A DNA stretch of 64,000 bases from positions 31,560,001-31,624,000 of the forward strand of contig CM059433.1 of assembly GCA_030390025.1 (NCBI GenBank), written 5' to 3'. The notes beneath the pieces are model-generated. The model was not told where the DNA came from, ran no database searches, and worked only from the letters and a program-made list of their open reading frames with translations. Origin of the DNA: Squalus acanthias. Lineage: Eukaryota. Every line of letters starts with the position of its first letter. Within the stretch, counting starts at the first letter, position 1. Below, in pieces: positions 24,623-38,329 of the stretch. The position numbers were made by a program, and so were the translations under genes.

Positions 24623-27600
24623 TAAAACATTTCCTGCATTGGTCCCATCCATTCATCAGTTTGAGCACCATTGCACTTCTCCACAACTGTCTGATCCTCC
24701 CCCATCCCAAATGAATACTCATGACACATTAAAGTTCCAGTTAAAGCAAATGTTATTCACCCTGACAGTGTACGGTGCACGTGTATTGAGTCTGACTTGT
24801 CCCAGTGCTTCTCTTCAGTGATAGTGTATGATGTGAGTCTGCCAATTCCTAAAACACATCCTTTTTAGCGAATAGCGAATGGAGGCAAGACAGACTTTGT
24901 TAGCGTGGAGTTCAAGGCTGCAGAGCCCCAGTGAAAGCTTTCACGATGGATGCTATGCTTAAGGTTAAAAACTTGCACCTCTGCGGAGGGTCCTACAGTG
25001 ACCATGCTCCCCATGGTGGCATGTATCTCGGTCAGTTGGTTATGCACCACTGTGCAGTTGTGGGTTGTGGACCCATCATAGACACCTTGGAATTGTACAG
25101 GCTGCTCTACATAATCTCACATGACAGTAGGAACTGCTGGTGCTGGTCTATCAAAGTGCATTTGTAGGTGCCCTGTGAGATTGCAACTGCTCACCTTAGC
25201 ATAGAATTAAAGAGCACAGGCCCGTCGTGCCTGTGCCTGCTATTTGAAGGAGCTATCCAATTAGTCCCACTCCATCGCTCTTTCCCTGTAGCCCTGCAAA
25301 TGTTTCCTTTTCAATTATATATACAATTCCCTTTTGAAAGTTACTATTGAATCTGCTTCCACCACCCTTTCAGGCAGTGCATTCCAGATCACAACAACTC
25401 CCTGCACAAAGGAAATCATCTTCAATCCTAGCAGTTGAAGGGGACCTCAAGCTGATCCTCAGGGTAGGATACTGCAGCTCCTTCAATCACACCTGCATCC
25501 TCATGTTCTGTGTTGAACCCCAGTACTCAGCTGATGCCTCCCTCCTCAGAATGCATATATTTGTGCTAGTGCTTGCTACTGTCAGAATGGGATTTATTGA
25601 GCGCTCGGAAGTGCTTGGTTGAGGCCTTCTTCTCTCTTGAGCACCGTGAGTAACAGCAATACATATATGAGAACACTAGCCTTAAGACACTCTTAAAATA
25701 GAGCTTTACAAACCAAGACAGTGTAATGTGTTGTGCTGCAGGGTATGTCTGTGTGTAAGGAGTGAATAAGGAAAGAAAGAATCTAAGACAAAGGATGGTA
25801 CAGTGCACAAGCTCTAGGGGAGGTCTCTGACTTTATCCCCCACCTCTTCTATTGCCTCTGCATCCAGGGTCCTCTCCTCATAAGGCACGTTAGGTAATCC
25901 CCCCTCCTATTGGCATGCACTGGCATCGCTTATGTGTGGCTTCTTCCTGTGATCAGATACGAAAAGGACCACATGCTCGCTTAAGGAATATGAGAGAAGA
26001 TTTATGTGACCCAAATGTCCAGACCAATAACCATTTGTGTGCGTGTGAGCATACAGCATGTAGTTTCCTTGAGTGGGTGGTATACTGGGTATTTGTTGCT
26101 TGCCAGATTTCATAGGCCACAGGGCAAACAACTTATGATGGTAATAATGAGGAATGTGCTGATAAAATCTGAGCAATTAGAAAGTCGATGGACAGCAGCT
26201 AGAGTGCGGTCATTGTCCCTTTAAAACGCTGCATCAAGCTTACAGTTAAATGTTGTTAACTTGTTAACAGTTAAGTGTTGATGCCTTGAAAGACAACATT
26301 GTTAAATTCTGTAATGTTTCAATACACTTATCTTGGCAACTTTGCATAGCTTAGCAAACTTTTTCCTCACCTTCACCTAAATTCGGGTCACAGATTACAT
26401 AACGTGAAGACTCTTTTGTCACCTCCTCATGCTTTGGCAGTACTCTTGACTGGAGGTGTTCTGCAGAAGCACCTCCGAAGCAGCATTTGTGTCTTGATAC
26501 TCCCATTTTGAAGCCAGTTCATTCTTAAAAAGTGACCGGCAGCCCTTAAAGAGCTGCTGACACAGGATATTCTGCCCCATGAATCCCCGTGCACTGCTGG
26601 CACGTCATGCGCTGTGCACCGGGAATGCCTAAAATGTACTGACCTCATTCTGTAGTGGATGGTCAGTGCAATGTGCTGCAGGAAGGTACAGTACCCAAGG
26701 AACAATGTTCCCAGTACCTCTGCTCCAGGATGGTGTTAATAACCCCTATGTACTGAATGGACAGGGCTAAATTATCTGAATAAATAATACAGCTAACATA
26801 TGAAGACCATGACATAGAATCACATTATGATACAGCACAGAAGAAGGCCATTTGGCCCATTATAACTATGCCAGCTCTTTGAAAGAACTATCCAATTAGC
26901 CCCACATATGGCTTGTTGTTATTAAAATATATTATGCCCAAAAAAAAGAATGTGCTCCCTACCTGAAAAGCATGACATACAGGCATGACTAAATCAACAG
27001 GACTGGAATCAATTGTAGAATATTTACTTTTCACATCAAATAATTTTGTTCTTGTAAAGAGCAACTGACTGAAGGCCCCTCTTTAATGAGGAGCAGGAAC
27101 CTAGCCTCCACCTTTCCTCTCTCGCTCCCCACCCACGCACAGAGTTAACAGCGGCTCAGGAAACAGTATGGCTGCTGATGCTTGGGGCAGACGCTTACTG
27201 CAAGCAGCAGATAAAGAAACAGAAAATCCACGCTGCTGGCAACTTGTACCTACTTTAACATGCTAATTACCATTTACTGTATGCCCCTAATATAATGGAG
27301 AGCACTTTGGATTCTAATTAGAAAAAAAAACTTGCGCGCTATGCTGTGTAGATTGTTAGGGTGCATAGTTTAAGTAATATAAAAGCTAGCTGTGCCTTTA
27401 GGAAATCCTCATTCATTTAAAAAAAGTCTGTCAACACGAGACTTTGAATAGCGTGTTTAACTATTGTAGGAGGAATGCTAATCTTTTCTCTATTGGTAAC
27501 GAGGTATTCCAAAAGGATTTCAATGGCATCAGATCTTAAAAAACATTAAAGAGAAACTTGACTTATTAAAAATAAAAATAAGACAGGAAATAGAATTGAA

Positions 27601-29384
27601 CCTATAAATTCGTCCCCACCCAAACCCCCCTCCGCCCCCCACCAGTGTGTTATCCTCGCCTTTCAGTCTTGCAACACATTCTGGGAACTCCGCAATTTGC
27701 ACTGCATTCTGTGTCATAATATAACTTTTTAAAAAGATGGTTTGTATTTATGAGTTAAAATGCTCTGCAGGATTTGATGGCACAGCCACAGAGTACAAGT
27801 CAGTTACAGTGATGCCCAGGGAACACACCACGATGGATGTCTCTGGGTGAAAGAAAGGGCCTATTTCCCAGTAACACACAGTCGAAAACGTGTAGCTGCA
27901 GTTTTCAAAAAAATTGTGACTTAAATTTACATTTATATTTTCTGTGAACGTTATCTTGCCGGGGAACAAATCTGCTGTTTTATATATACTCCAGCCCTTC
28001 ACACCCAGGGGTTTCCAGAGAGAGGGTGGAATGCTCGCACCAGGAACAGGCGCAAGTGGCAGTGATGTCAACATGATCCCTGTCTCACTTCCCTGGATCT
28101 CTGCCTGGTAGAGGCTCTCGATGCTGCGCTCAGCCCCCTCAGAATCCAAGAATCTTACAGCACAGAAGGCGGCCATTCGGCCCATTGTTCCTGCGCCGGC
28201 TCTCTGAAAGGGCTATCCAATTAGTTCCACTCACCTTGCTCTGTCCCCTTCAAATTTTCAAGGATATATCCAATGCCCCTTTGAAAGTTACTATTGAATC
28301 TGATTCCACCGCCCTTTCAGGCAGTGCATTCCAAATCATAACAACTCACTGCGTAAATAAAATTCTCCTCGTCTCCCCCCTGGAGAGGACTTTGGTGCAA
28401 TCCAAGTGAAAAGCGATGCTCTAAAATTTGATAGGAGAAACTTGTGGAGTATGAGCATCCCTGGAGCATTGCTGCTAAGGGAGTCCAACAGGGAGGATTC
28501 AGAACAAAAGCCCTTCCCCTGAGGTAGAGGATGAAGGAATAACAGACGTAAATAAGGTTACGACCTGTGTAATGGGTTCCCAGAGATTTACCTGTGGGGA
28601 AATAAAACCTCGGGCATTAATGCATCAACTTACTGCTGTGGGCTCCTGAGAGAGACAAACAAAAGCAAGAACAGAAAGCATCAGGGACAAGCTGCCAGAG
28701 GCGGTAATACAGCTCGTGAGGAAATGGAAGTCTGGAGATGTACCTATATATTGAGCGAAGGCACTCTAAATTCACTAACAAGTTAGGTATGTGTTCCATA
28801 TAGAAAAAGCCAAAGAAGAAACAAATTGTCTTTAACATTTACTGCAATACCTGGTGTACAAGTCACACCATGTTTTTTAAGTACCTTCAATGTTGGGGTT
28901 CAGCTTATTCAGTTTGTCAAGTTTTCATCCCTTTATGCTCCACACAAGCCTCCTCCCACCCCTCTTCATCTCACCCTATCAGCATATCCTTCTATTCCTT
29001 TCTCCCTCATATGCTTATCTAACTTCCCCATAAATGCATCAATGCTATTCGTCTCAACTACTCCTTGTGGTAGCAAGTTCCACATTCTAACCACTCTCTG
29101 GATAAAGAAGTTTCTCCTGAATTCATTAGTGGATTTGTTAGTGAATATCTTATATTGATGACCTTTAGTTTTGGACTCCCCTACAAGTGGAAACATCTTC
29201 TCTATGTTATACATATATGTTCCCAATGGCATACATGTATAGAGTAGGTAATTTCCTGAGAAAATCTGATTTTAAAATTACACAGGTCTGTGCGCCTGAA
29301 CATAGATTACTGCTACTTCTAACCGTCACTGAAAAAGTAACCAGGAAATAGGGGTGGCACTTGCACACTTCTACGAGAGGTCGC

Positions 29385-29812
29385 TGACCTACATTGGCTG
29401 ACAACGCCTCGGTTTAAAAAATTTTCATCCTTGTTTTCAAATCCCTCTGTGGCCTCGTCCCTCACTATCTCTGTAACTTCCTCCAATCCTAAAACCCTCC
29501 GAGATCTCTGTGCTCTTCAATTCTGGCCTCTTGCACATCCGTGATTTTCATCGCTCCACCATTGGCGGCCACGTCTTCAGCTGCCTCGGCCCTAAGCTCT
29601 GGAATTCCTTCTCTAAGGTTCTCCACTCCTCTACCGGGCTCTCCTTCTTTACGACGCTTCTTAATACCTACCTCTTTGACCAAGCTTTTGGTCACCTGTC
29701 CTAACATCTCCTTATGTGGCTCAGTGTCAAATGTTATCTGATAACGCTCCTGTGAAGCACCTTGGTATATGTTACTACATTAAAGGTGCTGTATAAATGC
29801 ATTGTTGTAGAG
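29385..29812 (+). mobile_element. L2 LINE 3' fragment
   Basis: ctgacctacattggc..ttcaaatccctc..ggcggccacgtcttcagctg..tttgaccaagcttttggtcacctg..tataaatgcattgttg. Confidence 0.85.
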
Positions 29813-30200
29813 TCGTTGTCATATATTCCCCATTGCGTACATGGTATAGAGAGGGTTATTTCCTGAGATAATCTGTTTTTAAAAAGATACAGCTTGACAA
29901 AGGTCTGTGTGTCTGAACCTGGATAACTGCTACTTCTAGTTTTCGTTAAATAAGTAACCAGGAAATAGCGTTGGAACATGTACACTTCAATACTTGAAGG
30001 AGAAAGACCGATTCCTGTTTTCTGAAGACATCCTGTCCCATTCATCTTTCTCTTTTCACCTGTTGTGGATTTCCAACAGTATCTTTTATTGTACTAAAAA
30101 AAAACCGATGGATGGACTTTTAAAAACAAAAAAAGCATCTGAAAGGATTGACATTTGCTTGAAATTACAGTGACCTTTCCCTGCTATTGTTTGAGCTTAC

Positions 30201-30360
30201 CTGAGTAACCCGGGAGGCATCTGCACTTGTATTGCGGAGGCTGATTGGACTCGCTGATGTCCACACACGTGGCTCCATTCTGGCAGCGACTGGGATAAAT
30301 TAGGCAGGCGTTTTCCACGAGCTCGCACAATCTGCCTGTCCACCCAGGGACACAGAGGCA
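30201..30360 (-). CDS. EYS: EYS internal coding exon, EGF-like repeat; probable ortholog of human exon 9
   Basis: Minus strand ctctAG|TGC CTC TGT...TAC TCA G|GTAAGC; 160 nt, phase 0 in, phase 1 out, no stops. Encodes CLCVPGWTGRLCELVENACLIYPSRCQNGATCVDISESNQPPQYKCRCLPGYS(G) and completes the EGF begun in the 50.8 kb exon. The ORF track shows only a wrong frame here. Confidence 0.9.
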
Positions 30361-30536
30361 CTAGAGATGGGCAATAAATATTACGTATTATGTACATGCG
30401 AACAAGTTCGCATTCGATGCTCGCCAAGCAATACTTTCCAAACTATTTGCAAAGGATTAATCATCAATCAGTCGGAACGCTATAACTTAACTTTTTTTTT
30501 TACAGTCAGGGGCACAGGGGTTATTGATTACAATTC

Positions 30537-30973
30537 TTACATTCATATAGCACCTTTCACAACCTCAGGACATCTCAAAGCACTTTACAGGCCAATGAAG
30601 TACTTTTTGAAGTGTAGTCACTGTTGTAAGGTTGGAAATGCAGCAGCCAATTTTCACACAGCAAGGTCCCACAAACAGCAATGTGATAATGATCAGATAA
30701 TCTGTTTTTAGGTGTTAGTTGAGGGATAAATATTGGCCAGGAAACCAGGGAGAACACCCCTGCTCTTCTTCGAAATAGTGCGATGAGATCTTTTACGTCT
30801 ACCTGAGAGGGCAGACGAAGCCTCGGTTTAACGTCTCCTCTGAAAGACGGCATGTTTGATAGTGCATGCTTCCCTGGAAGCATCAGTTTTTGTGCTCAAG
30901 CCTCTGGAGTGGGACTCTGAACACACAACCTTCTGATTCAGAGACCAGAGTGCTACCAACTGAGCCACAGCTG
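30537..30973 (-). mobile_element. SacSINE1-like SINE
   Basis: tRNA-like head at ~30930-30973, Deu block and tail; lies ~180 nt upstream of the EYS 160-nt exon acceptor. Confidence 0.85.
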
Positions 30974-31698
30974 AATGTGGAGGTACAACGCAGAAATGGC
31001 TTTTACTATGGCATTCAAAAACCTGTAATCCCTATAAAGTCTCGGTGCATTTGTTATTTTCATGCAAACTGTGCTGTTTTCATTAAGAACTAATGAGAAA
31101 GCAATTCAAAATAAATCTGTTCTTTCTAGGTTATGAGTCCCTGCCATCATGTTTGATTCCAGCTCAGCACGGAAGTTAAGGAGTTCTCTCTTCAAATTCA
31201 AAGGAAACCTGAATTACATAGAAAATACAACACAGAAACAGGCTGTTCGGCCTAACCAATTTGTGCTGAAGTTTTTTGTGCTACATGATCATCAGTCCCA
31301 ATCCCATGCGCTCACTTTGGTCCCGTTTTCTTTAAGCCTATTCCTAAATGTTGACATGGTCTCTGCTTCGGATCTGAGCTCCTTCCCCAGCCTCACAGCC
31401 CTATGTGTAAAAGTTTTTGCCTGCTCTCTGCACTAAATCTCTTATATTTAATGTAATATCCATGTCCTTCTCATTCTAGATCCCTCCATCACTCGAAACG
31501 ACCTGCTTCTACCTGCCCTGTCTCATCCCTTCATAACTTTAAACTCCACCACATAATCTTCTCTGTTATAATGAGCACAGCCTCAGTTTTTCACATCCTT
31601 CCTTGTATTTACATTTCTTCCTACCAGGTAGCATGCTAATGAATGTGTGCTGAAGGGCTGTGTGGATAGCAGTAATAATGTGATGTTTCTGTCTCTAA

Positions 31699-31933
31699 AG
31701 GTGCATTTACACCACAAGTTCAGCTTTAACGGTTTCAGTTTCGCACCGACGCTCAGCTTGCAAACCGGGTATTAAAGTCCGATCTGAATCCAAAGAGGTG
31801 TGAAAGTCCCTTCTCCAGGGAATCTCACTCGGCTTTGCTAAAGATTGAGCTTGGAATCTATATCCAGGCAGAATTTAACACGATAACGAGCGTGGATACA
31901 AAGCGATGCTACACTTGTAGCATAAATGCATTC
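31699..31933. mobile_element. Old Harbinger-type MITE
   Basis: Imperfect TIRs AGGTGCATTTACACCACAAGT / revcomp GAATGCATTTATGCTACAAGT. Confidence 0.55.
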
Positions 31934-32214
31934 CTAGCGTCAACATGTAAAGCACTTAATGACTGTTAAACTAAAATGAAAAGACAGGCCTGAGGCTTCA
32001 GCCTGGGGCTGGACTTGAGATTGGATATTTATTTTGGTGTAAAATTTTGAAACAAGTAAATTGCCTGTAGAAGTATAATGTGCAAGAAAGTTAATAAACC
32101 TCTTTGATGTTCTACAACTGTCTCCTGCATTCCACTTGGACTGGGTGGGGTGGGTGGGCGGGTGGAAGGGGAGGTGATTTTTTTGGACACAGTCTAAACA
32201 TGGAGCATAAAGCT

Positions 32215-33287
32215 CACAAGGAAAGGAAATAAGAGAGGCAAAGAGAGAGTATGAGAATAGATTGGCTGCTAACATGAAAGGGAATTCAAAAGTCGTCTAT
32301 AGGCATATAAATAGTAAACGGGGAGTAAGAGGTGGAGTGGGGCTGATTAGGGACCAAAAAGGAGACCTATGCATGGAGGCAGAGGGCATCTGTCTTTAAC
32401 AAGAAAGAAGGTGCTGCCAAAATCATACTGAAAGAGGAGGTAGTTGAGAAAGTGGATGTGATAAAAATTGATAAAGAGGTGTATCCTCGGATGCTGAGGG
32501 AAGTAAAGGTGGAAATTGCGGTGGCACTGGCCATAATCTTCCAATCCTCCTTGGATATGGGGCTGGTGCCAGAGGACTGGAGAATTGCAAATGTTATACC
32601 CTTGTTCAAAAAAGGGTGTAAGGATAAACCCAGAGACTACAGGCCAGTCAGTTTAACCTCGGTAGTGGGGAAGCTTTTAGAAACGATAATCAGGGACTAA
32701 ATTAACAGTCATTTGGACAACTGTAGATTAATTAAGGGAAGCCATCATGGATTTGTTAAAGGCAAATCATGTTTAACTTACTTGATTGAATTTTTTGATA
32801 AGGTAACAGAGAGGGTTGATGAGGGCAATGTGGTTGATGTGGTGTACATGGACTTCCAAAAGGCATTTGATAAAGTGCCACATAATAGGCTTGCCAGCAA
32901 AGTTGAAGCCCATGGAATAAAAGGCACAGTGGCAGCATGGATACAAAATTGGCTAAGTGACAGGAAACAGAGATTAGTGGTCAACAGTTGTTTTTCGGAC
33001 TGGAGGAAGGTATAGTGGTGTTCTCCAGGGGTCGGTACTCGGACCACTGCTTTTCTTGATATATATTAATGACTTGGACTTGGGTGTACAGGGCACTATT
33101 TCAAAATTTGCAGATGACACGAAACTTGGAAGTGTAGTGAACAGTGAAGAGGATAGGGATCGACATCAAGGGGACACAGACAGGCTGGTGGAATGGGCGG
33201 ACATGTGGCAGATGAAATTTAACGCCAAAAAGTGCGAGGTGATAAATTTTGGTAGAAAGAACAAGGAGAAGCAATATAAACTAAAGG
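32215..33287 (+). mobile_element. CR1 LINE internal ORF2 fragment
   Basis: VPEDWRIANVIPLFKKG..DYRPVSLTSVVGK; YMDFQKAFDKVPH; FADDTKLG; stops and deletions; ends abruptly against the Penelope fragment. Confidence 0.92.
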
Positions 33288-33905
33288 TGGTAGGTTGGAG
33301 TAAGTGAGGGGAGCAGAGAAATTGAGATGGCCGATGTCACGCTGGCAGTTCGAAATGAAAAGATCGAGAGAGAGTAAGAGGCCAGAGGGAGGGGTCCAGG
33401 TAGAAAAAGAGTTCTGAAAACGGGAGAAAGGGTCCGCTGTGCATGGGGAAGACTCCTGGCCAAAGAAGTGGGCATGGAGACGAAGGTGACAGAAAAAGAA
33501 CTCAGCGTCGTGCCGAGCTCGAAATTCATTGAGGTCAGGGCGAAAGGGAATGAAGCCTTTGCTGAGGACTGATCGTTTGGGGTCAGAGAGGCGAAGGTCA
33601 GAGGGGATGGTGAAAACACCGCAGAGCATGAGATTGGAAGAAGGGATGGGGTCAGAGGAAAATGAAGGGAAAGAAGGTTCCGGAGGGGCGTTGGTGTCCA
33701 AGAGTTGTTAAAGCTTGCGATCCTTGACACCTGAAAGGAAGAAAAAAAGTTTTTTGTTAAAGCGCCGGATGAGGCGAAGGATGAAATGGAACTGCGGACC
33801 AGGACAGCTTTGAGATAGAGTGAGTCGGTGCTGCTGAAGAGAGAGGTCGAGAACGTGCATGTGGCAGCGCATGGCGTTGAGCGTGAATCTCAGTAGAGAT
33901 GGCAA
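33288..33905 (-). mobile_element. Penelope-like element, N-terminal ORF fragment
   Basis: TLNAMRCHMHVLDLSLQQHRLTLSQSC.. and VFTIPSDLRLSDPKRSVLSKGFIPFRPDLNEFRARHDAEFFF..LRLHAHFF, typical of the pre-RT region of Penelope-like ORFs. Confidence 0.75.
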
Positions 33906-36877
33906 TCATGGCACCACAATTGGTACCATTGGGTTAAGGAGAGGAACATCAGCTAGGGTTCCTTATTATTACAAAAATCTTTAACTCTCTGCTGGGAGGT
34001 GTTCGTGTGTGGATCTTGGATGAAGATAGAATAAGGCTCATTGTGATGCCCCAAAGAGTGAATAGTCTTTCAGCAGTCACTCTCTAGGTTCACATTTAAA
34101 GAAAGGCCACTTGTAGCTTATATAGCGCCTTTAACATAGTAAAATGTCCCAAGATGCTTCACAGGAGCGATTATCAGACAAAATTTGACACATAAGCTGA
34201 TGTTAGGACAGGTGTCCAAAAGCTTGGTCAAAGCAGTAGGTTCTAAGGAACGTCTTAAAGGAAGAGAGAGAGGTACAGAGAGGAAGAGGTTTAGGGAGAG
34301 AATTTCAGAGCTTAGGGCCCAGGCAGCTGAAGGCACGGCTGCCAAAGATCCTGATAAGATCCTGTTGTTAGCCTTAGGATCAAAAGGGGATGAAGAGCAG
34401 AGGCCTAGCATTTCTTAGTAGGGACGAAAGTAAATGAAAATCAAAAAGATCACGAGCAGAAACCATTCTAACAGAAGGCGAGGTTTTCCAGTTCCACCCT
34501 CCCAGCGCGCACGGGGACTGCACATCGGGAGATCAGGCAATCCCAGTGTTTGGTTTTCCACCCTTTAAAATCGATGGGTGGAAAATCAAGAGCTGGGCTA
34601 CGCAATTTTGTGATATACATTGCCGAAAGCCCTGAAGCAGAGAGACTCCCCTATAATTTTTGTGGAGGGATAGAACACAGATATGGAAGTAGATTGTCAT
34701 TCACTTTGTGTTGGAAGGGTAAGAGCTAAGGGATGGGATATCAAAATAAGTCAACGCAGTTTATATGTCCCACACTGCCACTAATATGCTAAATTAAGAT
34801 TTGAATACTAAATCCATCCCATTGTCGAAAAAAGATACTTGCCATGTGTTTGCTCTGGGTCGGCAAAGCTGTCTATGAATCATGAATGACAATGAGCGGC
34901 CTTGCTCCATCAACATCCATGGAGCTATACAAATGGTCAGCGACCGTTGCTTTAAGATGAGAAATCAAGTAACTTGTGGTGAAATCTTGACAGTAAACCT
35001 TTGCTGAATCTCCTCCATTGGCGGCCGTGCCTTCAGCTGTGTAGGCCCTAAGCTCTGGAATTCCCTCCCTAAACCTCTCCACCTCTCTATCTCTCTCTCC
35101 TCCTTTAAGACACTCCTTAACACCTCCCTCTTTGACCAAGCTTTCGGTCATCTCTCCTAATGCCCCCTTATGTGGCTCGGTGTCAAACTTTGTTTGATAA
35201 TCGCTCCTGTGAAGCACCTTGGGACATTTTTCTGTTAAAGGCACTATATAAATGTTCTTGTTGTTGTTGCTGGAACATAACAGGGGTACTTTTAACCCCC
35301 ACGACGGGCGGGAGAGGGGTTAAAAATTTAAAATCACGTAACGCGGCCCCAACCCGCCACGAGTGCCCTGCCTCCATTTTTATGGCGGCGGGTTGTGTGG
35401 TGTGTCCTGCTCTCGAGACGCAGAACACCTCAGTATAATATTTAAATCAGGCTCCCACAGTGCTTTTGGGAGCCTGATTTAAATTTAACGCTGACCGGCC
35501 AGGTTTTCCAGGGCTTGGGAAACCCGGCAGCTAAAGGGAGAGGGGAGCAGCCAAATCAAGCAGGTTAGTGCTTTTTACAGCACTACTTGTGGGTCAGGAG
35601 AAGCAGAAGTGCTTCCCCCTCCTGGCCCCTCAATCAAATGGTCTGCTGCTATGAACAGAGCACTCAGCAATACAGTGGAGCAACTGAACACCCAGAGCTA
35701 TATTCAAATGCTGCTCTGTGTGCATACAAGATGCTAGCTGGAGTTAATCCCTTGATTGTCAATGGTTGATGTGTCTCATGTGGACTGATGCCACACTTCA
35801 AGAGGATTCTGACAATGAAATAGATTTTAAAATCATGAGGCAACTATGTAAATAAATCACTGGGGATTTTCTTTGTTTACTGAGCATTTCCCACAATTTC
35901 AATGCTTTTCTTTAGTGAGATTCTCTTGAAAACATTTCCAACCTCTTTCTTAGTGGGTTTTGTTGTCCCCCAATTAGTTGTAGCAATATTCAAATTGGTC
36001 GATAGAGGTATAGGGTGTGTCATCATTTCCTTCCAAGTAAGAAACACCCGGTGACTGTATTTAATTGTTTTTCATTACTCTTCTACCAGACCATAACTCC
36101 ATGCTTTGGATTATAAAAAAATAATATCACCAGGGGACTGGGGAGCACAGCGGGTAAAGAACGGCTGACCTTTCAGAACAAAACTGCTCACAATTCTGCA
36201 GTAATTGGCAGTCTCAGTCAGAGAGACAGCAAGGATAGATGGCGTGGGAGGTGAAAGTGGCCCACAGGTTCAGTGGTGGAATTGTGTTCATGTAAGGTAT
36301 GGATTAAGTCATTTGATTCCAGGCGATTTATACTGCGCCTAGCCAGAGAGTGCTTTATTCTGACATTGGGAGGGGAGGGGTTAATTTTAATCTAACCCAC
36401 TCCGCGGGAAACAGACTCGATTAGATTGACCCACCTGATTTTACATTGCTTAACGTGTTTAACGTGTTTAACAAGCGGCTGATCTGATGGAGTCCCACCA
36501 GGCGGGTTGGTTATAATTACCCCCTAGATGCAAAAAAACCCCAGAAACAGTTCCTATTCCACAGAACTTACTCTCCTCACCTTGACAAGCTACAAATAAC
36601 AATCTTCTTTCTTTTCCCTTCCTTATCCCAGATGTCACATTCAACATCTAATCCTTGCGTCAATATTCAATGTCGTTTTTATGTCTGTCAGCAACCAGCA
36701 CGGATTTTTGAGATCAGTGAGCTCCACAGGCAATTTCTAAACAAATTTTAATATTGAAACATCTCACTGGCAGATATAAAGGCTGCTAACATTGTTAAAT
36801 GAGAATGGACCATTGTAACCTTGAGTTACAACTGAATCATGTGTTCATCGCACCCAATGAGAAGGTAAGTGAGTAGA

Positions 36878-37010
36878 ATCAAGGGATATGGGGATCGGGC
36901 GGGAAAGTGGAGTTGAGGTTGAAGATCAGCCATGATCTTATTGAATGGCGGAGCAGGCTCGAAGGGCGATATGGCCTACTCCTGCTCCTAATTCTTATGT
37001 TCTTATGTTC
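36878..37010 (+). mobile_element. CR1 3' UTR tail
   Basis: atcaagggatatggggatcgggcgggaaagtggagttgagg..ggagcaggctcgaagggc..cctgctcc..(ttcttatg)n. Confidence 0.85.
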
Positions 37011-38329
37011 TAATATCGTACACAATACAACAAAGTGAACTCCCCTCCCTTTTATGATCACACCAGAAACTATATTAGGAAGACTACATATTATTTTTCA
37101 AGCTTTTCTTTATGAGAGGTATTTGTTTGTCTTGCTTGTAAAGGGGAGGGATGTCAGTGCTGGGGACTGAAACACATTTGTCACTTTGAGTGCCCAGTAA
37201 CACACACCATCAGGCACCCCCATGTCAGGTATTGAAAGGATTTTTTCTCTAGAAAAGAGAAGGCTGAGAAGTGACCCGATAGAGGTCTTTAAAATTATGA
37301 AGGGATTCGATATGGTGGACTTAGAGAAGATGTTTCCATTTGTGGAGGAGTCCAAAACTAGGGGCCATAAGTATATAGTCACGAATAAATCCAATAAGGA
37401 ATTCAGGAGAACGGTCTTACCCAGCGAATGGTGAGAATGTGGAACACGTTACCACTGGGAGTAGTTGAGGCAAATAGCATAGATGTATTTAAGGGGAAGC
37501 TAGGTAAGTACATGAGGGAGAAAGGAATAGAAGGATATATATAGACAGGGTGAGATGAAGGAGGTTCATGTGGAGCAAAAACACCGGCATGGACCAGTTG
37601 GGCCAAATAGCCAGTTTCTGTGTTGTACATTCTACGTAATGCACTAATTACATACAGAGTCCTGTCACTCTGCCCCATTCCCAACCTCAGAAGAGCAGCT
37701 TCTACTGCACCAGTATGCATCTTTCCAGTTCCCACATTAGGTATCTGTGTGGCCTATCTGAAAGGGCACTGCCAATTCAGTATTAATTTGTTTTAGAATT
37801 GCAAACGGTTCTATATTGGGGGATTGTGTCTCCTGGCATCAGATGGAGATCACATAGATTGATCTCATGTGGGATTTTCCAGCCAGTATATAGATAGGAG
37901 AATTTTTCCATAGTGCCAGGTCACCTTATCCATTTTTACACATTCACTGTAGTTGCTTTGTTCTTCTCTGGCACAAATTGACAGCCACCATTGGTTCCAT
38001 TATGTCAGAAAAGTCATAAATCTTATTGGAGTTGGTTGTTAAAATCCATACAGGCAATAATATAATTTTTCAAAATGAATTTTAGCGTAAAGGAAAAGTG
38101 GTCTAGATTCCCCTGGATACTTGATGTCCAGTATTGAATGGACTGACTGAGAACTGGTTAAACCTAATAGCCTTAATGCAAACAAATAGTGTCTTTGTGA
38201 ATATGGGGTAATATACATCATACACACAAACTGATTGGAAACCAGTATGACATTTAGCTGTAAATGTCAACATTTTGCAAAGGCAGACCATGTAAAGGCA
38301 GAAATACCAACATGTTGAACTGATATATG

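Noticed and set aside
1..30200. Further downstream EYS exons
   Set aside because: Scanning non-repeat minus-strand stretches by eye found no phase-1 EGF exon with splice sites; a diverged exon could have been missed, and spliced alignment would settle it.
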